From positions 1-64,000 of the forward strand of contig NW_026781940.1 in the NCBI RefSeq assembly GCF_031769215.1: a stretch of DNA of 64,000 bases, read 5' to 3'. Source of the DNA: Ylistrum balloti (lineage: Eukaryota). Made by a program: the position numbers and the translations under genes. Of this stretch, positions 36,886-50,523 are shown one piece after another; within the stretch, counting starts at the first letter, position 1; each line of letters starts with the position of its first letter. A model generated the notes under the pieces. That model saw only the letters and a program-made list of their open reading frames with translations, was not told the origin of the DNA and did no database searches.

Positions 36886-38971
36886 TTAACCAGAACAGTA
36901 ATCCAATTCCCTGTGTTGTAAACTTTTAATGTTTCCTTGAAAATCTGAAAAATAGTCCACAGCTGTTTTTATAAAATCTTTAAAGATTCATTTCTATCTC
37001 ACCTGGCCCAAAGAATGTTTATGCTGTGGTGTGGTGTTTTTGCCATATATTTAACTTTATACAACTTCTGCTCAATGAACATTGCCCAGAATCATGATAT
37101 TTTTCTCCATGATTCCATGGATAATGACTTATATTCAAGGTCACAGGGGTCAAATAGGTTGAAACCTTCAAGTTGCCACTGAAATAATAGGTTTTTTGAG
37201 ATTAATCCTTACAAAGTTTGTGAAAAGAAATGACCCTAGGAGCTAAATTTGTTAAAATCTTCAAACAACTTCTGATTAATCAAAAGGTCTAGAGTCATGA
37301 TATATGGCTGGTGTACCTCCTGGATGAAGCTCAATACAGTTTAAAAAAAAAGAAATAACCTTGACCCATATTCAACTTCACAAGGGTCGGATATATTCAG
37401 ACCTTCAATTGAGACTACTTCTAAAATGTCTAAAGTCATAATAATTGATTGGTAGACTCCTGGGATAAATCCAAACAAGGTGTACTGAAAAAAATGACAT
37501 TGACCGTTATTCCAGGACAAACAGGGTTCAAAGATGTTAAAGTCTTTAAATAACTTTCAACCAAAAGGTCAAGAATCAAGGTTTTTGTTTATAGGTTCCT
37601 GTGATGAATCCTGACTAAATGTTTGGGAAGAAACAAACCAATGTCATGAATTAAATTCTTTAAATGTTCAAATAACTTCTCCTAAACCGCGACTTTGAAT
37701 GTTGTTGATGTAAAAGCTTAAGGCAGTAATACATTGAGACTCTTGATTATGATATATCAGGATTTTTAAAATTTGAAAACGGATAAACATTTATCTGTTT
37801 TCTATATAAATAAAGCTTTTTTTCTGATGGAAGGATTCTGGTCTTTCATGGTCTTCTGTGTATCCAAATGTGGCTTCCTGCATGTTTCAGTGAGTAGCCA
37901 CCAACTGATACAGAGTGACAGAGTGACACATTTCGCTGGCTGCTGATTGGGTGACACAATCAATATCTATCATTATATTGGATAAATGCTGTCAACACAA
38001 ACTCAATTTGGCTTTTGTTATATGCTTCCTTCAATTAGTTTCTGAAAGAATTTCTTAAAAAATATGATCAGATAAGTTTAAAAGAAAATTAAGAAACTTG
38101 TAAAAATGATTTAACTCATGGTTGTAGTCCTGTGATCAATTCATTGGAGAATAAGAAAGAAATTTCATGTATGTTCACTTAAGTGTTTGACAAGAATGTC
38201 TCGTGCTGAACAAAACCTAGATATTTTATTTAATAGGTGTCTCACACTTATTAATTTTACAATCTCTTCAGCTGACCACTTCACTATAATAGAGGTACGG
38301 ATATTTTTATATCTTAATTTATTTTGGCATGAACTTCAAGCTGTTGAGCAACCAGACTCTAAGTACCTTAAAGCTTGACCGGTGTCCAGTGTGAATGGTG
38401 TATACAGGTCAGTTACTGACCCAGTGATCACGCAGGGGTCAGACACATACACTGTTTAAGGAATTAAAGGATTAATCCAAAGTGATCTGAAATGAGAGGG
38501 TTAGTTATAAATCTTCAACAGATACAACCACTCAATCAATATATAAATATACACTCTAGATGTACATAATAGATATGTACTAGTATCAAATTCAGGTACA
38601 ATCACAACATTTACCTCAAATCTGAAAACTTTCATTATATATATCTGTATGATGCCTTGTGTTGATTTACCAATATTTAGACATTGTAACACAGTTGACA
38701 AGGAAGACCATTTTTAACTTGAGCCCTGTCCGAACCTCAAACAACACCATCTGCTGCACTAAATCACTTAGCCTAGAAATTCTACAATTGCCTTGCCGTT
38801 ACAAAATCACAAACGTCCACCACTAGTAAAGGATGTTTGACAGTTAAAATGATTGACAGATAGAAATTCTCGACATAATCACAGTCATAGTGACAAGTTG
38901 TGGATATGATTCAGATCTTAACATCCTGTCATTAATGGAGGAGAGGTTGTATCCTCCATCAATCCAGACGC

Positions 38972-39142
38972 TAACATCCTCTCATTGGTCTAGGTTTTAA
39001 CATCCTCTCGTTGATCTAGGTTTTAACACCCCTCATTAATCTAGGTTTTAACATCCTCTCATTAATCTAGGTTTTAACATCCTCATTGATCTAGGTTTTA
39101 ACATCCTCTCGTTGGTCTAGGTTTTAGCATCCTCTCATTAAT
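38972..39142 (+). repeat. Minisatellite, ~6.5 copies of a 26-bp unit CTAGGTTTTAACATCCTCTCATTAAT
   Basis: Directly visible; flanked by diverged direct repeats attaat..aggaga..ttgtatcctcc at ~38931 and ~39137. Confidence 0.85.
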
Positions 39143-41616
39143 CAAGGAGATATTGTATCCTCCGTTATAAATAGCTTATAAATATCAGGTTTGTCATTGT
39201 CTTGGTGTTTTTATTTCCGTTCTTACTCATTATCCACGATTTTCATATGTTTGAGGAAATGATAAACAGATCAAATTGACATGGATTAAAATATTACTTG
39301 TGAATTTCGTGAGCAAAATTTATCCACGCAAACGAACATTTTAAAGAACCACGACTTTTGAACACCCACGAAAAAATGTGATTTTACAGTATGCATATAC
39401 CCCCCCCCCCCCCCCCCCCCCCCGCTTCTCTCTCTCTCTCTGTCTCTGTCTCTCTTATATCAATGTAATAGCTCAAGTGGCTATTTAATCCGTTTTTTGT
39501 CTCTTAGGTTAATACTATAGATGCCCCCATGTGACTATTGTTGTTGTACTATATGGTATATATATTGATGGGAGAAGTCGATCATAAGGTGGTAAAACTT
39601 TCAGACCAATCCCTTTGACATATTGTTTTGTCAATAAAAAAATGTTTCAACTAAACTAAAACCTAATATATTTCATGTTTCCATGCCTAATCATTAAGAG
39701 AAAATAACTAACTGCAATTATGCGACGTTAAATACAACTTGAATAAGTCCCAGAACACACACATACACAATGACAATGAAACGGACACGAGGACATTCGA
39801 GTTAATAAATGCAACACTTTTCAGAAGTAAAAGTTTTTGGACATACGAAAATACAGTTTCTATATAGTTTATTTATCAAGTTTTAAAGATGGGAAAATTA
39901 TTAGTGTGTAACATATTACTGAGCCATCTTTATTGTCGAATTCTTCTGAAAAGGAGATAAATATACATGTATAGCATACCTCCCTAAGTCCAACATTACC
40001 CTAACCTTATAGGCTCGGTATTATGAGATTTAGTCCTGTATACCGGATTAGCATAACACGAACTAGACGTATTATTGGAAACAGGTTCAAAGATAATCTG
40101 CCGGGTACAATGTACTTACATTGAGAAAGAGTGTACTCCGAAAACGCCCACTGTGAATATTTCAAAATGCCAGTACAAAGTTTTTATTTTGTCATTAGTG
40201 ACAAAAACACGTGTGCATGTGTGTGCAGTTTTATGTCAGAATGCATTTTTTTTGTTTTGTTTTGTTTTTTGTTTTTGTTTTTTGTATTTACGCTGACAGA
40301 TCGATGTCAGTCCTTAATTTGACAAGAAAACATCGCACCTCTCTAAGGAATTTATACACATTCAGCACACCTGATAGATCAACATACGTTTTACTGGTGC
40401 AATTGCAGTAGACACTAATTTGACCACATATACGATTTTCAATTTCAAATTATGTTATTTATATCAATCAAAAAACTTTTTTATTTATTTTTCTTTTTGA
40501 GAAACTGTCAGAATGGACCAAGGATGTTTTCGGTTCAAATTCACCTATTCTATGAGATCATCCGTTTGTCAAATTTCCATACAGAATTCAAATTCGTTTA
40601 TTTGGTAGTGACTTCGTGAGCTTTTCAAAGACGTGTAACTACATGTATATAATTTCTATGTAAGAAGTTGCCTAATTTTATAATTTGATTATTTACCCTT
40701 TTATTGCTTTAAAGCAATGTTGACGTACGTAATGTATATGAAAATTACATATCCATAAAAACGTCATACGGTGACCTACTGACCGCTGGTCAACGATTAC
40801 AGGCTGCAGTTTCCTTAACCTAACTTAATGAATTTTCAGTAACTAAAAATTGCTTATAGAAAAGTATAAAATAAAGTTTTAAAAATCTTTTTAATCTAAG
40901 TTTTTTTTTTTCCTGAAGTTACATGATAGTTTTCTATATTAGTCAAGATTTCCTTAAATTAAGGAAGATTCGTGAAATAGAGGCCTGGTAAGGATGACGT
41001 CATACCCAATTTAGTATTGAAATCTATAAAACGGTGCTATATTGTCACTATGAAAAGAAATAAGACTAAAATACACGCGTCCCCGGGTTTAATCTGTTAC
41101 CAACCGAAAATAATGACATTTTACACATTTTTTTAAAAATGTTTTAAAATCTGTAATTTACATTAAGCTGATAATACTTGATACAGTTGGACATATAATA
41201 ATTCTTTAAGCTTTGGTTTTGCCTATTTGCCAAAATAGAATTATGGTACATCTAACATTGCCTTTTAGCTCGGCCAATGTTAGCTTAATCTTGACAAAAT
41301 AACATCTATATTAATGGAAAAACTGAAGAAAAAATGTTCCAAAATTCTGTGACATTTTAATTACTTTTCACATCGATGGTGTTAAATATTTGAAAAAGCC
41401 CCGAATGACAGATCAAATTAAGCTTAAATATTGTTAAGATAACAATGCGTTCAGATTTGAACCCAGCTATATTGATTAAGTACTATTACTCCACTGTATG
41501 TTTAAGGTTGAAATATGGGGTAGACTGTTGAATTGAAAGTTACGAAACATTGAAAGGAAACTTCATTAATTTAATTAAAATTCTGTATTTTCTATGTAAT
41601 CGATTACACAACAAAA

Positions 41617-44600
41617 ATGGAGAGTCCCTGTGGAATTTTAATCATATTTGGACTTTTTCTTCCGGCGTTTGGACAATGTAAGTATATATTGATCGTTTGT
41701 ACGCAAATAAGTTAAAGCACTTCAAAATACATAAAAAGGGTGGGTGGAAGAAATCAATAGACATGTTAGTAATATTTCAATATTTGATGTTTATCTATTT
41801 ATTTATTTATTTTCTAATTTATTTTACATCTCTACTGACGTCTGTAAATGTGTCTGTTTTTTATTTTTATTTATTTATTTGAATATTTATTTTCGAGAAA
41901 GACATAAAATAAATGAAATCTCATAAATACAAGAAAACCTCGATATAATGTCCGTCATAATTCGAAGTCTTTCCTTTCTCCTTTCTGCGTTTCTTTATTT
42001 TTATTGTAAATTCATTCATGAATTCATTCATGGTCGCGCAATATTACACTATATGTTGATACTAACTTTACGTTTTGCTTGGAAACTGATGGGGATGTAA
42101 CGAGATTTAATAAATAAAGATTTCGAGGGCAAATCGAACAGAGGCAGCCATTTTGTTACGCCATTATTAATTCATGACGTAACGTCATTGTCTATATAAT
42201 GACATCACAATCGATTTGTTTCTGATTGGCACAGACAATGAAAACACTTCAGGGTCCTGGCGTAATGTTCTGAATAAAGGGGCTTTTGTCTGTGTTTTTA
42301 CAATAGTAAGAGAGGGAAAATAAACAAAAGAATGAAAAATAAAAGTAACATGGTTTTTATTCGTATTGTTCAATATTTTTTCAGTTATGCCTTCGAATTT
42401 TGCATGTTCGTCCCCGAATTCAACAACTTTTGTTTTTACCTGGGTCCGACCGAACGACCCTACAAGCCAAGTGCAGGGCTACCACCTTACCATCTCCCGG
42501 TCAGATGGTCTACAGGTCGACAATTTCCCGGTAAGTATCATCTACCACTCAGACGGTCTACAAGAGGGCAATTTTCCAGTAAGTATCATTTTCCGGTCAG
42601 AAGGTGAACAATTTCCCTGTAAGTATCATCTTCCGGTCAGACGGTCTACAGGTGAACAATTTCCCTGTAAGTATCATCTTCCGGTCAGAAGGTCTTCAGG
42701 TGAACAATTTCCCAGTAAGTATCATCTTCCGGTCAGACGGTCTTCAGGTGAACAATTTCCCAGTAAGTATCATCTTCCGGTCAGACGGTCTTCAGGTGAA
42801 CAATTTCCCAGTAAGTATCATCTTCCGGTCAGACGGTCTTCAGGTGAACAATTTCCCAGTAAGTATCATCTTCCGGTCAGAAGGTCTTCAGGTGAACAAT
42901 TACCCTGTAAGTATCATCTTCCGGTCAGAAGGTCTTCAGGTGAACAATTACCCTGTAGGTATCATCTTCCGGTCAGAAGGTCTACAGGTGAACAATTACC
43001 CTGTAGGTATCATCTTCCGGTCAGAAGGTCTACAGGTGAACAATTACCCTGTAGGTATCATCTTCCGGTCAGAAGGTCTACAGGTGAACAATTTCCCAGT
43101 AAGTATAAAAAAAAACAACTTATCGTCAAAATACAAGATGGCTGCATGTCCGTTTTTTCGAACAGTTATGAAATTGAACAAACATATGCATAATAAGGGA
43201 TTTTAACACAATTAATGTTTTGAGCATGTTGGCAGATATTTTATACAATAATTTTTTTCGGTATGTTTCTATGTGGCAGCTGAATACACAGAAGTAAGTG
43301 CGACACGTGTACCTTAAAGTAATAGTGGAATGGCATATACATGTAACACTCATTAACATGATAATTTTAAGAAAATAACGCATAATTGAATTTTTTCAGC
43401 AAATGGTGATCCCTGGTTACTTGGTACAGACGTACACTGTGTATGGTGTTGGGAAGTTCGCTGTTTACACGGCTAACTTACACTGTTATACCGCCAGCGG
43501 AAACGAGGCCGATGTCACAATTGACTGTAAATCTATGGCAGACGGTAAGATGTGTTTGTTTTTTCGATATATTTCGATATATATCTCCTTAAAATGACAT
43601 TAATGTCACTTTGAATGTAAACGCACAGAACTTGCAGACGATATTTTACAGCAGATCCCAGCCTCACCAATAAGCTTATTTTTCACGCTATTAACAGAAG
43701 CTTCGATTTGAGACCGATTTCATGATAACGTGCGTCGGAGATACTTCCTGCGATGGTTGCATTTAACATGTCAAAATTAGATTTATCAATCATATCACGC
43801 CACATTAAGGTTTCTATTTAATATCTAGTTGTTTACAGGAACGGTCTTCCAATGTCTCCATCGTTTAATTTAAGACCAAAGTCGCATTTGAAAGATGACA
43901 TTTTAAATAAATTAATTCCATATAAGGTGTTAATAATTTGGTGCATTAGTTTCGGACCCCTTAAGAATTGTACCTCCAAAGCTACGCCATGTAAACGAAT
44001 TGCCACCAAACAAATACTTAAATGAATTGAATTTTGCTCATATTATAATATTTATTTTAAAAAAAAAACTGACCGGTGAAAAACAAAGGGTTAGATTCAA
44101 ATGAGCCTCATTTCTTGGTAAACTTCATTTTATAACAGCAACTATTTAAATGAAGTTATTTTTGCATCTGTCGGTCAACAACTCGCTAGTTAATTCAAAT
44201 AAGAAATAAGTCACCAATTATAATGATTTTTAAATCACCGTTTTTCAATGAAAGAAGCGCATGTTCGGACTTCTGAGAAAAATTGCATTGAGATGTGGCT
44301 CATTGATAGACGGCAACAACATACTGGCGTTCAAATATGGATTGGTAGACTATGTTTTTTTTTCTTTCTGGATGCGTGACATGTTTGTACAACCAAAACC
44401 ATCCTGGTGTGAGGTCACGCTGGTCAATAGTTCACGTAATACAGCTGGACAAAATGACTGGTCCAAAATACATAACTTTCCAGAACCGATATCGATACGG
44501 TATTATGGGTAGTAAAAGTTATAATTTTTGAGAGAACAGAAGAAAACACTTTGATGATATAACTGATAAAAAAGCAAAGTTGGTATCTTGACTTTCGTGG

Positions 44601-47430
44601 GAAAAATACATACATTTTGGTTCATGCTATTATTTAAACAGAGAAAATTTTAACCGTCGTAAAATAGCCTTTCTAGCATGACATGTCTATAGTATACTTA
44701 CAAACATTTCACTTTCAGCCCCTAATGGTGCCCCAAATTACGTCAACGCGACAGGAATTTCCTACTCAGAGGTCGATGTTGTTTGGGACGAGGTAGAGGA
44801 AATTTACAGGAACGGCGTACTTCTTGGTGAGATCGGTGAAAAAAATTTTTATCAACTTCTTTTTCTGGACTAGTGACCAACTACCACAGTTTTCCTCTCT
44901 TCAAAAAGCAAACAAACAAAACATGAAGTTATAAAAATGCTTTATTTTACATTTATTTTTGAGACTATTTTGTCAGAAAGCTCATTGCTATAAACAAGTT
45001 TTTTCTGTATTCGTGACCTAACAGGCTACAAGATTATATATTTCGCTCTGGATAACTGGACCCCACAAACTGCTGACGTCAGCAACACAACTTTCAATTA
45101 CGTCATTAGCTCTCTAGATTATGACACCAAATATGTTGTCAGCGTACTTGCGTATACATCATACGGAGACGGCCCACAAACTACTGATATCGACAAGACC
45201 TTGGGTAAGTCACACGATCAACAAATTTTACTAAAAAAATAAAATAAAATGGAAATCCGGAAACAATGTCTTCACCGAGGAACATAACTTTTGCCCAGCC
45301 AATAAGTCATAGACATTTTCGCAAGCGATTTAAAAGGACACAGGTCTCTCGCTTGACAACTTCCCCAGTACTTGTATTACTTTTTACAGCTGGGTGTCCA
45401 GGCATCATGACGTCTGATCCTTGTTTCATATAAGATTTTATTGAGAATCATTCACTTAATTTCAAATATTCCAATAACTATTTAAATTCAAAACAATCGA
45501 AATCAAACCAAAAACAAGAAGATCAGAAATAATAATTATCTGTACACAGACATATATATATATATATCAAAGATTACTTCGAAAATTTCATTATTAACAC
45601 ACAAAGCTATTTACCTGTAACTAGTTCAAATGTTTTAATTTCCAAAATCTAATGATTTGAAAGAGACGTGTTCTAAGTTATTGTAATCATGAATAATTGC
45701 TTTTTTCAATATGTATTATGTTTTTTATTATCTATTTGTAATGCGAATTGTATTATTTCAGGTCCTACAACGTCGCCGCCGGGTGAGTAGACATTGCTAT
45801 AGATTTTCGTTGTAGTACTAAAAATATTTGAAATGAGTGGAATTAGAAAAAAATCTCATTTACAGTTTCTCATTCTCTTTGAATGATTCACCGAATATTG
45901 TTTCGCATGTTTTCCTTCTGAAAGACACAGGTTGGCACTTTTGATATGATTACAGTCTATACGCGTCCTCAATACTCCAGGGGTTACGATCACTTTCGCT
46001 CTCTCCACCCCCGGAACATGTCGTGGAAAATTGAAGGCTCAAGCGAAGTATTTTGGTTGGTTCCAGACGAAAAAACTGACCAATCACAGAAAGGAACGAC
46101 GATCGACATCAAAGCCATTATTTACAATGCACTGTTGTGCGATTTCAAGATTCGTCTGATGTACATCAAAGGACCAAACCGGTCTCTTCGTCTTGTCCAC
46201 AAAGTGCCGCACGTGGAACCTTAAATGTTCCAGGTGTGCAGAGAGCAAAAGAATCGTAACATATGGAGTATTGAGGATGGGCAATACTGGATGGCATTAT
46301 GTTAGGAACATATAGTTAGGCACTGTTTTGATACAAATCCCGGGGAGCGGGGAGTGGCTGCATACACACAAATAACATGTATTTCTCTACGTATTACAGA
46401 GGAAGAGAAAAAATACTTCTGCTATGAGATGATCCCGGGGGTGATCGAAATCGGCTGGAATGGCATGCCTTGTACAATCTATATGGGTGTAATCGGATTT
46501 CTCTTCGTCTTCGCTCTCATCTTCGGCATCGCATGCTGTTGTGGGGGTGGCGGTGCTGCAGCCGGCGCAGGGGCGTAAGTACTCGGAATTACTGTTCGAC
46601 ACGCAGAACCATCAACTTTTCAGTAATTGACGTGAAATGTTACATGGATGTATAATGATCAAATGTTCAACCAATGACGTCTAGCCTAATAGAGACTTTG
46701 AATTGTTAGTGTTGTATTATTCTAAAAAGCGACCCATATCCAAACCTCGCTGTGTGTTTTACCGTTTGATGGCCCTCATGACCTTTTATGTCTTGACGGA
46801 CCGTGAAGAATGTAATAATAATAATGATAATATCGAAAACATTAAGGCATTTCACTTTAAATTCATTATTCCAGCGTTCGAAAACAATATAGAGTATGTT
46901 TCTACAGTCTGAGAACAACAAAGACCACAAAATGATCGTCACAAAAGGACATCCTTTGATAGAATCACGAAATAGATTGATTATAAAAGATATTGTAGTA
47001 AGTATATTATCACAGGTTCCTTAAAGAACCAATGAAATTATCAGAAATCAAAACCCGTCTTTTAAAATATTGTTTCAGTGGCGGCGTTGGTGGTGGTGGC
47101 GGAGGTTCCCGGGTAGAACCATACAACGAGTACGATAGCGGAGATGATGATGACGATGGTTATGCAAATAACAAATCTCATAATTCAGCAAAGAGTACTG
47201 GACAGGTTACGTCACGTGACGTCTGGTTAGCAAGCCCCGCTCCCGGAGATTACGACGACGAACACGACGAAGTGTCGACTCCATTCCCGCCTCCGTCAAC
47301 ATTTATTCCTCGCGTCGGCGCAGTTGCGAAACCGAAACCAACTGATAATAACCCCGCACCGAATACTGAAACCACTACAAGAAACAATGACTCAAATATT
47401 GTGATTGAAGATGATGAAGGCTTTATCTAA
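41617..47430 (+). CDS. Type-I membrane protein: signal peptide, two fibronectin type III domains, TM helix, acidic Tyr-containing tail; 395 aa
   Basis: Exons 41617-41677, 42385-42530, 43400-43544, 44719-44826, 45025-45204, 45762-45782, 46400-46574, 47079-47430; phases consistent, 1188 nt. Signal peptide MESPCGILIIFGLFLPAFG; FN3 hallmarks (FTW..P..GYHL; PNGAPNYV..VVWD..NGVLLGYKIIY; LDYDTKYVVSVLAYTSYGDGP); TM IYMGVIGFLFVFALIFGIA followed by CCC. Confidence 0.85.
42497..43106 (+). repeat. Minisatellite, 13 copies of a 48-bp unit made of FN3-gene exon 2 end, GTAAGT donor and intron start
   Basis: Unit ccggtcagacggtcttcaggtgaacaatttccca|gtaagtatcatctt; donor-like GT at 42531 (real), 42579, 42619, then every 48 bp to 43099. 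Confidence 0.95.
45953..46289. mobile_element. Probable MITE (Tc1-like ends) in FN3-gene intron 6
   Basis: Perfect 14-bp inverted repeat tcctcaatactcca (45966-45979) / tggagtattgagga (46264-46277), extendable imperfectly to CAGT...ACTG; TA present on the left side only. Confidence 0.5.
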
Positions 47431-47524
47431 AGAGGAACGTGATCTAACATTAGGAATTAATTTGGTATAGACTTCGCAATAAGCCATTCGATAACGGCCC
47501 CCCCACCCCCTACTTCCCACTTTT

Positions 47525-47805
47525 TTTTTGCTCCCAAAAGGGAGAGCATAAAGTCATCGTTTTTTCCGCCCGTCATAATTGTGTCCGGAACATATCGCAA
47601 AAACTATAAGAGGTATCAACATGAAACCTCACAGGTAGTTATATCTCGATAAGGAGAAGTTCAGTGTACAAGAAACGTAACTCTCTTTAGCATAATTTAG
47701 GAGTTATTGCCCTTTTTTATTTTCAAACATAATACTGTCAAAGTAGCACTTTTGGAATCAGTGTTTATTCGGGGAGCATCTATCAGTTCTACCGATTCTC
47801 TTGTT
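47525..47805 (+). mobile_element. Full-length HINE-like element
   Basis: 5' tttttgctccc..gggagagc hairpin, ccgcccgtc motif, gagttattgccctt core, 3' ggggagcat subterminal repeat followed by a hairpin and cttgtt. Confidence 0.65.
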
Positions 47806-49471
47806 TCCTTACTCTCAAATCTCGACAGAAAAAAATGAATATTGACGTATACGAAGATCAATCTATATTTTTAGGATTCTGGTCACATCGCCAGGATGAT
47901 CCATGTATCCAAGTGTATATGTATATATACAAATGTAATCTCAAGAATATAATGATAAAAAGTGAAAATTGATTTAAGACGATGTGACAATGATGAATAT
48001 GCACAATACCATGTACTAGAAAATGATATGCAATTTAAAAAAGAAAGAAAAAAGATTTACGTGTTGAAAAATACACGGTTCTAGAAAATCGCCTCTCCGT
48101 ACTTTGATTAAATAAAAAAACTGTAGTTGCATGTAGTCTAACTGTGCCTTTCTTAAAACGGTATACTGTATAAACAGTGCTCTTTATATTACATATTTCA
48201 TTAAGCGCACATTTATTGGAAAGAGGGGAAAAACTTTTTTTTGTTATAATTCTTGAGCACCATCTATTGTTTTGAGTATAATGAAATAAAATTTCTTTGT
48301 TAAAATTTTGTTGTATGTTAAATAAAGTGATTTTAAATTTGTTGTATTCTAAACGTGATTTTAGAACTTCTTTAGTGCCGTGGTCATGCAGAATGGAATT
48401 TTCTGCCAACTTAAAACACACAACTGAGTGTAAAACTTTTCAGTGTCAAACACCGAGAAGTTGTTGTCACTACATTTTGGTCCCACACTAAATCTGGTAA
48501 AATATTAGAAAGGTGGGGTTTCCAGCCATGTTGATTCCTTATAGAGGTCGGCCTAAAGATTTGTTCATGCCTAGAGACCACTCACCAACACATGGCTTTG
48601 TGCCATCAAAGATGATTTCCTTGGTTTTACATTTCATCCTTTATCGATGACGCACTTGCTTTAGTCACTAATTACGTAACTAAATTACTAGATCATGTCA
48701 CAAAACATATCACAAATAATCATTTTAACGAAATAGGAAAGTTTGAACCATAAACTGAATACTAAAAACAGTTTTAAGCATTTTGTGAGAAAAACGTCAA
48801 AAATGACATTTTGTCTTCCATAATCAGTCCACCCCCTAAAAAATAGCATATAGAAAGCTTTATCTCTACCCTAACCTTACCCAAAGGTCGAAACCACCAT
48901 TTGTGCATAGTGTTGCTTTTTGGTTTTGATGTGTATCACCCCAATGACTTGTTGAACAATAATGGACATAGGAGACCACCCTGTTACACGCCAAACCTTA
49001 TTTACACACGTGCCTTTCCTAATATGTCAAAACTCCTAGCACGAACAGAAGTAATGCCGACATGTCCCTAAATGACTATATGTGTTAATTATACGTTATC
49101 TTAACAATATATTATATAATTCATATACTCAAATATTATCAATTATCATTTTCACATTACTTTCTATTTGTTCTACAGAGACGAAGACTTTAAAACATCT
49201 AATACAGCACCGTTCTCACAATGAGAGGTAGATCTGTAGGAGTGACATTAAAACCAAGAAATCTGCTGGAAATATAAGACTTCCCAAGCACAACTGTTTG
49301 TTTGATGTTTTAAAATCAGATAACTTTGTTTAATAATGATCAAGAGATTGGTATGTGTGCAAAATGTTTTAAAAATTATCACAAAATAATGCCTAAATCT
49401 GAATATCAAAACTTTGGTGTTGATGAAGATACGTAGTAAAACATTCCGCTATTATCCATAGTGCACACTAG

Positions 49472-50231
49472 AGATTCAATCATAACTCGGCCATATTGCC
49501 CAAGCACGCAAAACACCAGCTCATCTTTCATCACAAGTTGTGGTGTCCTTGTTACTCACGTGTTTGTTCACATCATCTCATTGGGAAATATCTTAACCCT
49601 AACGTTGATATCCGCACTGATGAAAGAGAAACTGGTTGGACAAGAACATAGTTTCTAAAAACTCTTATTTACACTCCAAACCATGAGGATGTACTACTGT
49701 TGTTCTGGGTAAAAATGAAGACAAACATTTCATGGGTTCAACTCTTGTCAGCTTCCAACCAGGATATCGAAAACATTCCATTCCATAGTGCCTTGGACAT
49801 GAACATCTTACAAGTGAAAATCTTCTGGAGCACAACTGTGTTCTCAGAAGTATTTCTTGGCCAGCAGACGACTGTAATACTTAACGGTACATATATCTTT
49901 ACTCCTAAACGTTCTGATCACAAGATCCAGAGAATCCCTTACTGTGGCCAGAAGAAGCAGAACTATTTGAAGTTCAAGAGCATAGCCCTACCTGATGGTT
50001 CGTGGAAGCGATATTGATGCGAAGATTACAAAAGCCATCATGGATAGTCTCCCCTTGCTGGACATAGATGATGTCGTTGTTGATCGAGAGTTTAGGGATG
50101 TTTTGTTAGATTTGGAATCACGTGGTTTGATAACAAATATGTCGTCTTATCTAAAATCTGGACAGACTCAATATGACGACCTACAAGCTAACCTTTATAA
50201 ATCCACAGTCAAATCCAGATGGGTAGTGTAG
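49472..50231 (+). pseudogene. Decayed coding sequence of unknown family (pseudogene or transposase remnant)
   Basis: One frame is open for ~180 codons (49472-50017) with a single stop, overlapping a 78-aa ORF (49995-50231) in another frame; less AT-rich than the flanks; no recognisable motif. Confidence 0.35.
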
Positions 50232-50478
50232 CCACATCACGAACGTTTCAAGCAATGTTTTTCAAAACATAACTGGCCTCCAGCTATTTCATTGATGTTA
50301 TCGAGGCACTTGTTAGAATAGTAACAGTCTGTCTCAATGAAATCCGAGAACCTTACAGGTTAGAACGCAAGAGCGTGACGCAAAAGATATGGGGTTGGTG
50401 GTCATTCTAGGACCTAATTTTACCACACGTGAGACACAATTTTCACTATCTACTACTAGACAACATTTTTACACTAAA

Positions 50479-50491
50479 CAACAGCAGCAGC

Positions 50492-50523
<32 letters not shown>
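50479..50523 (+). repeat. (CAG)/(CAA)n trinucleotide microsatellite
   Basis: Directly visible. Confidence 0.9.

Noticed and set aside
40800-40988. Possible MITE with CAGGC ends
   Set aside because: The inverted-repeat match is too weak beyond 5 bp and no TSD is evident.
42604-43206. 200-aa and 275-aa repetitive ORFs that look like a repeat protein
   Set aside because: Products of the 48-bp intronic array; the FN3 domain continues correctly only by splicing 42530->43400.
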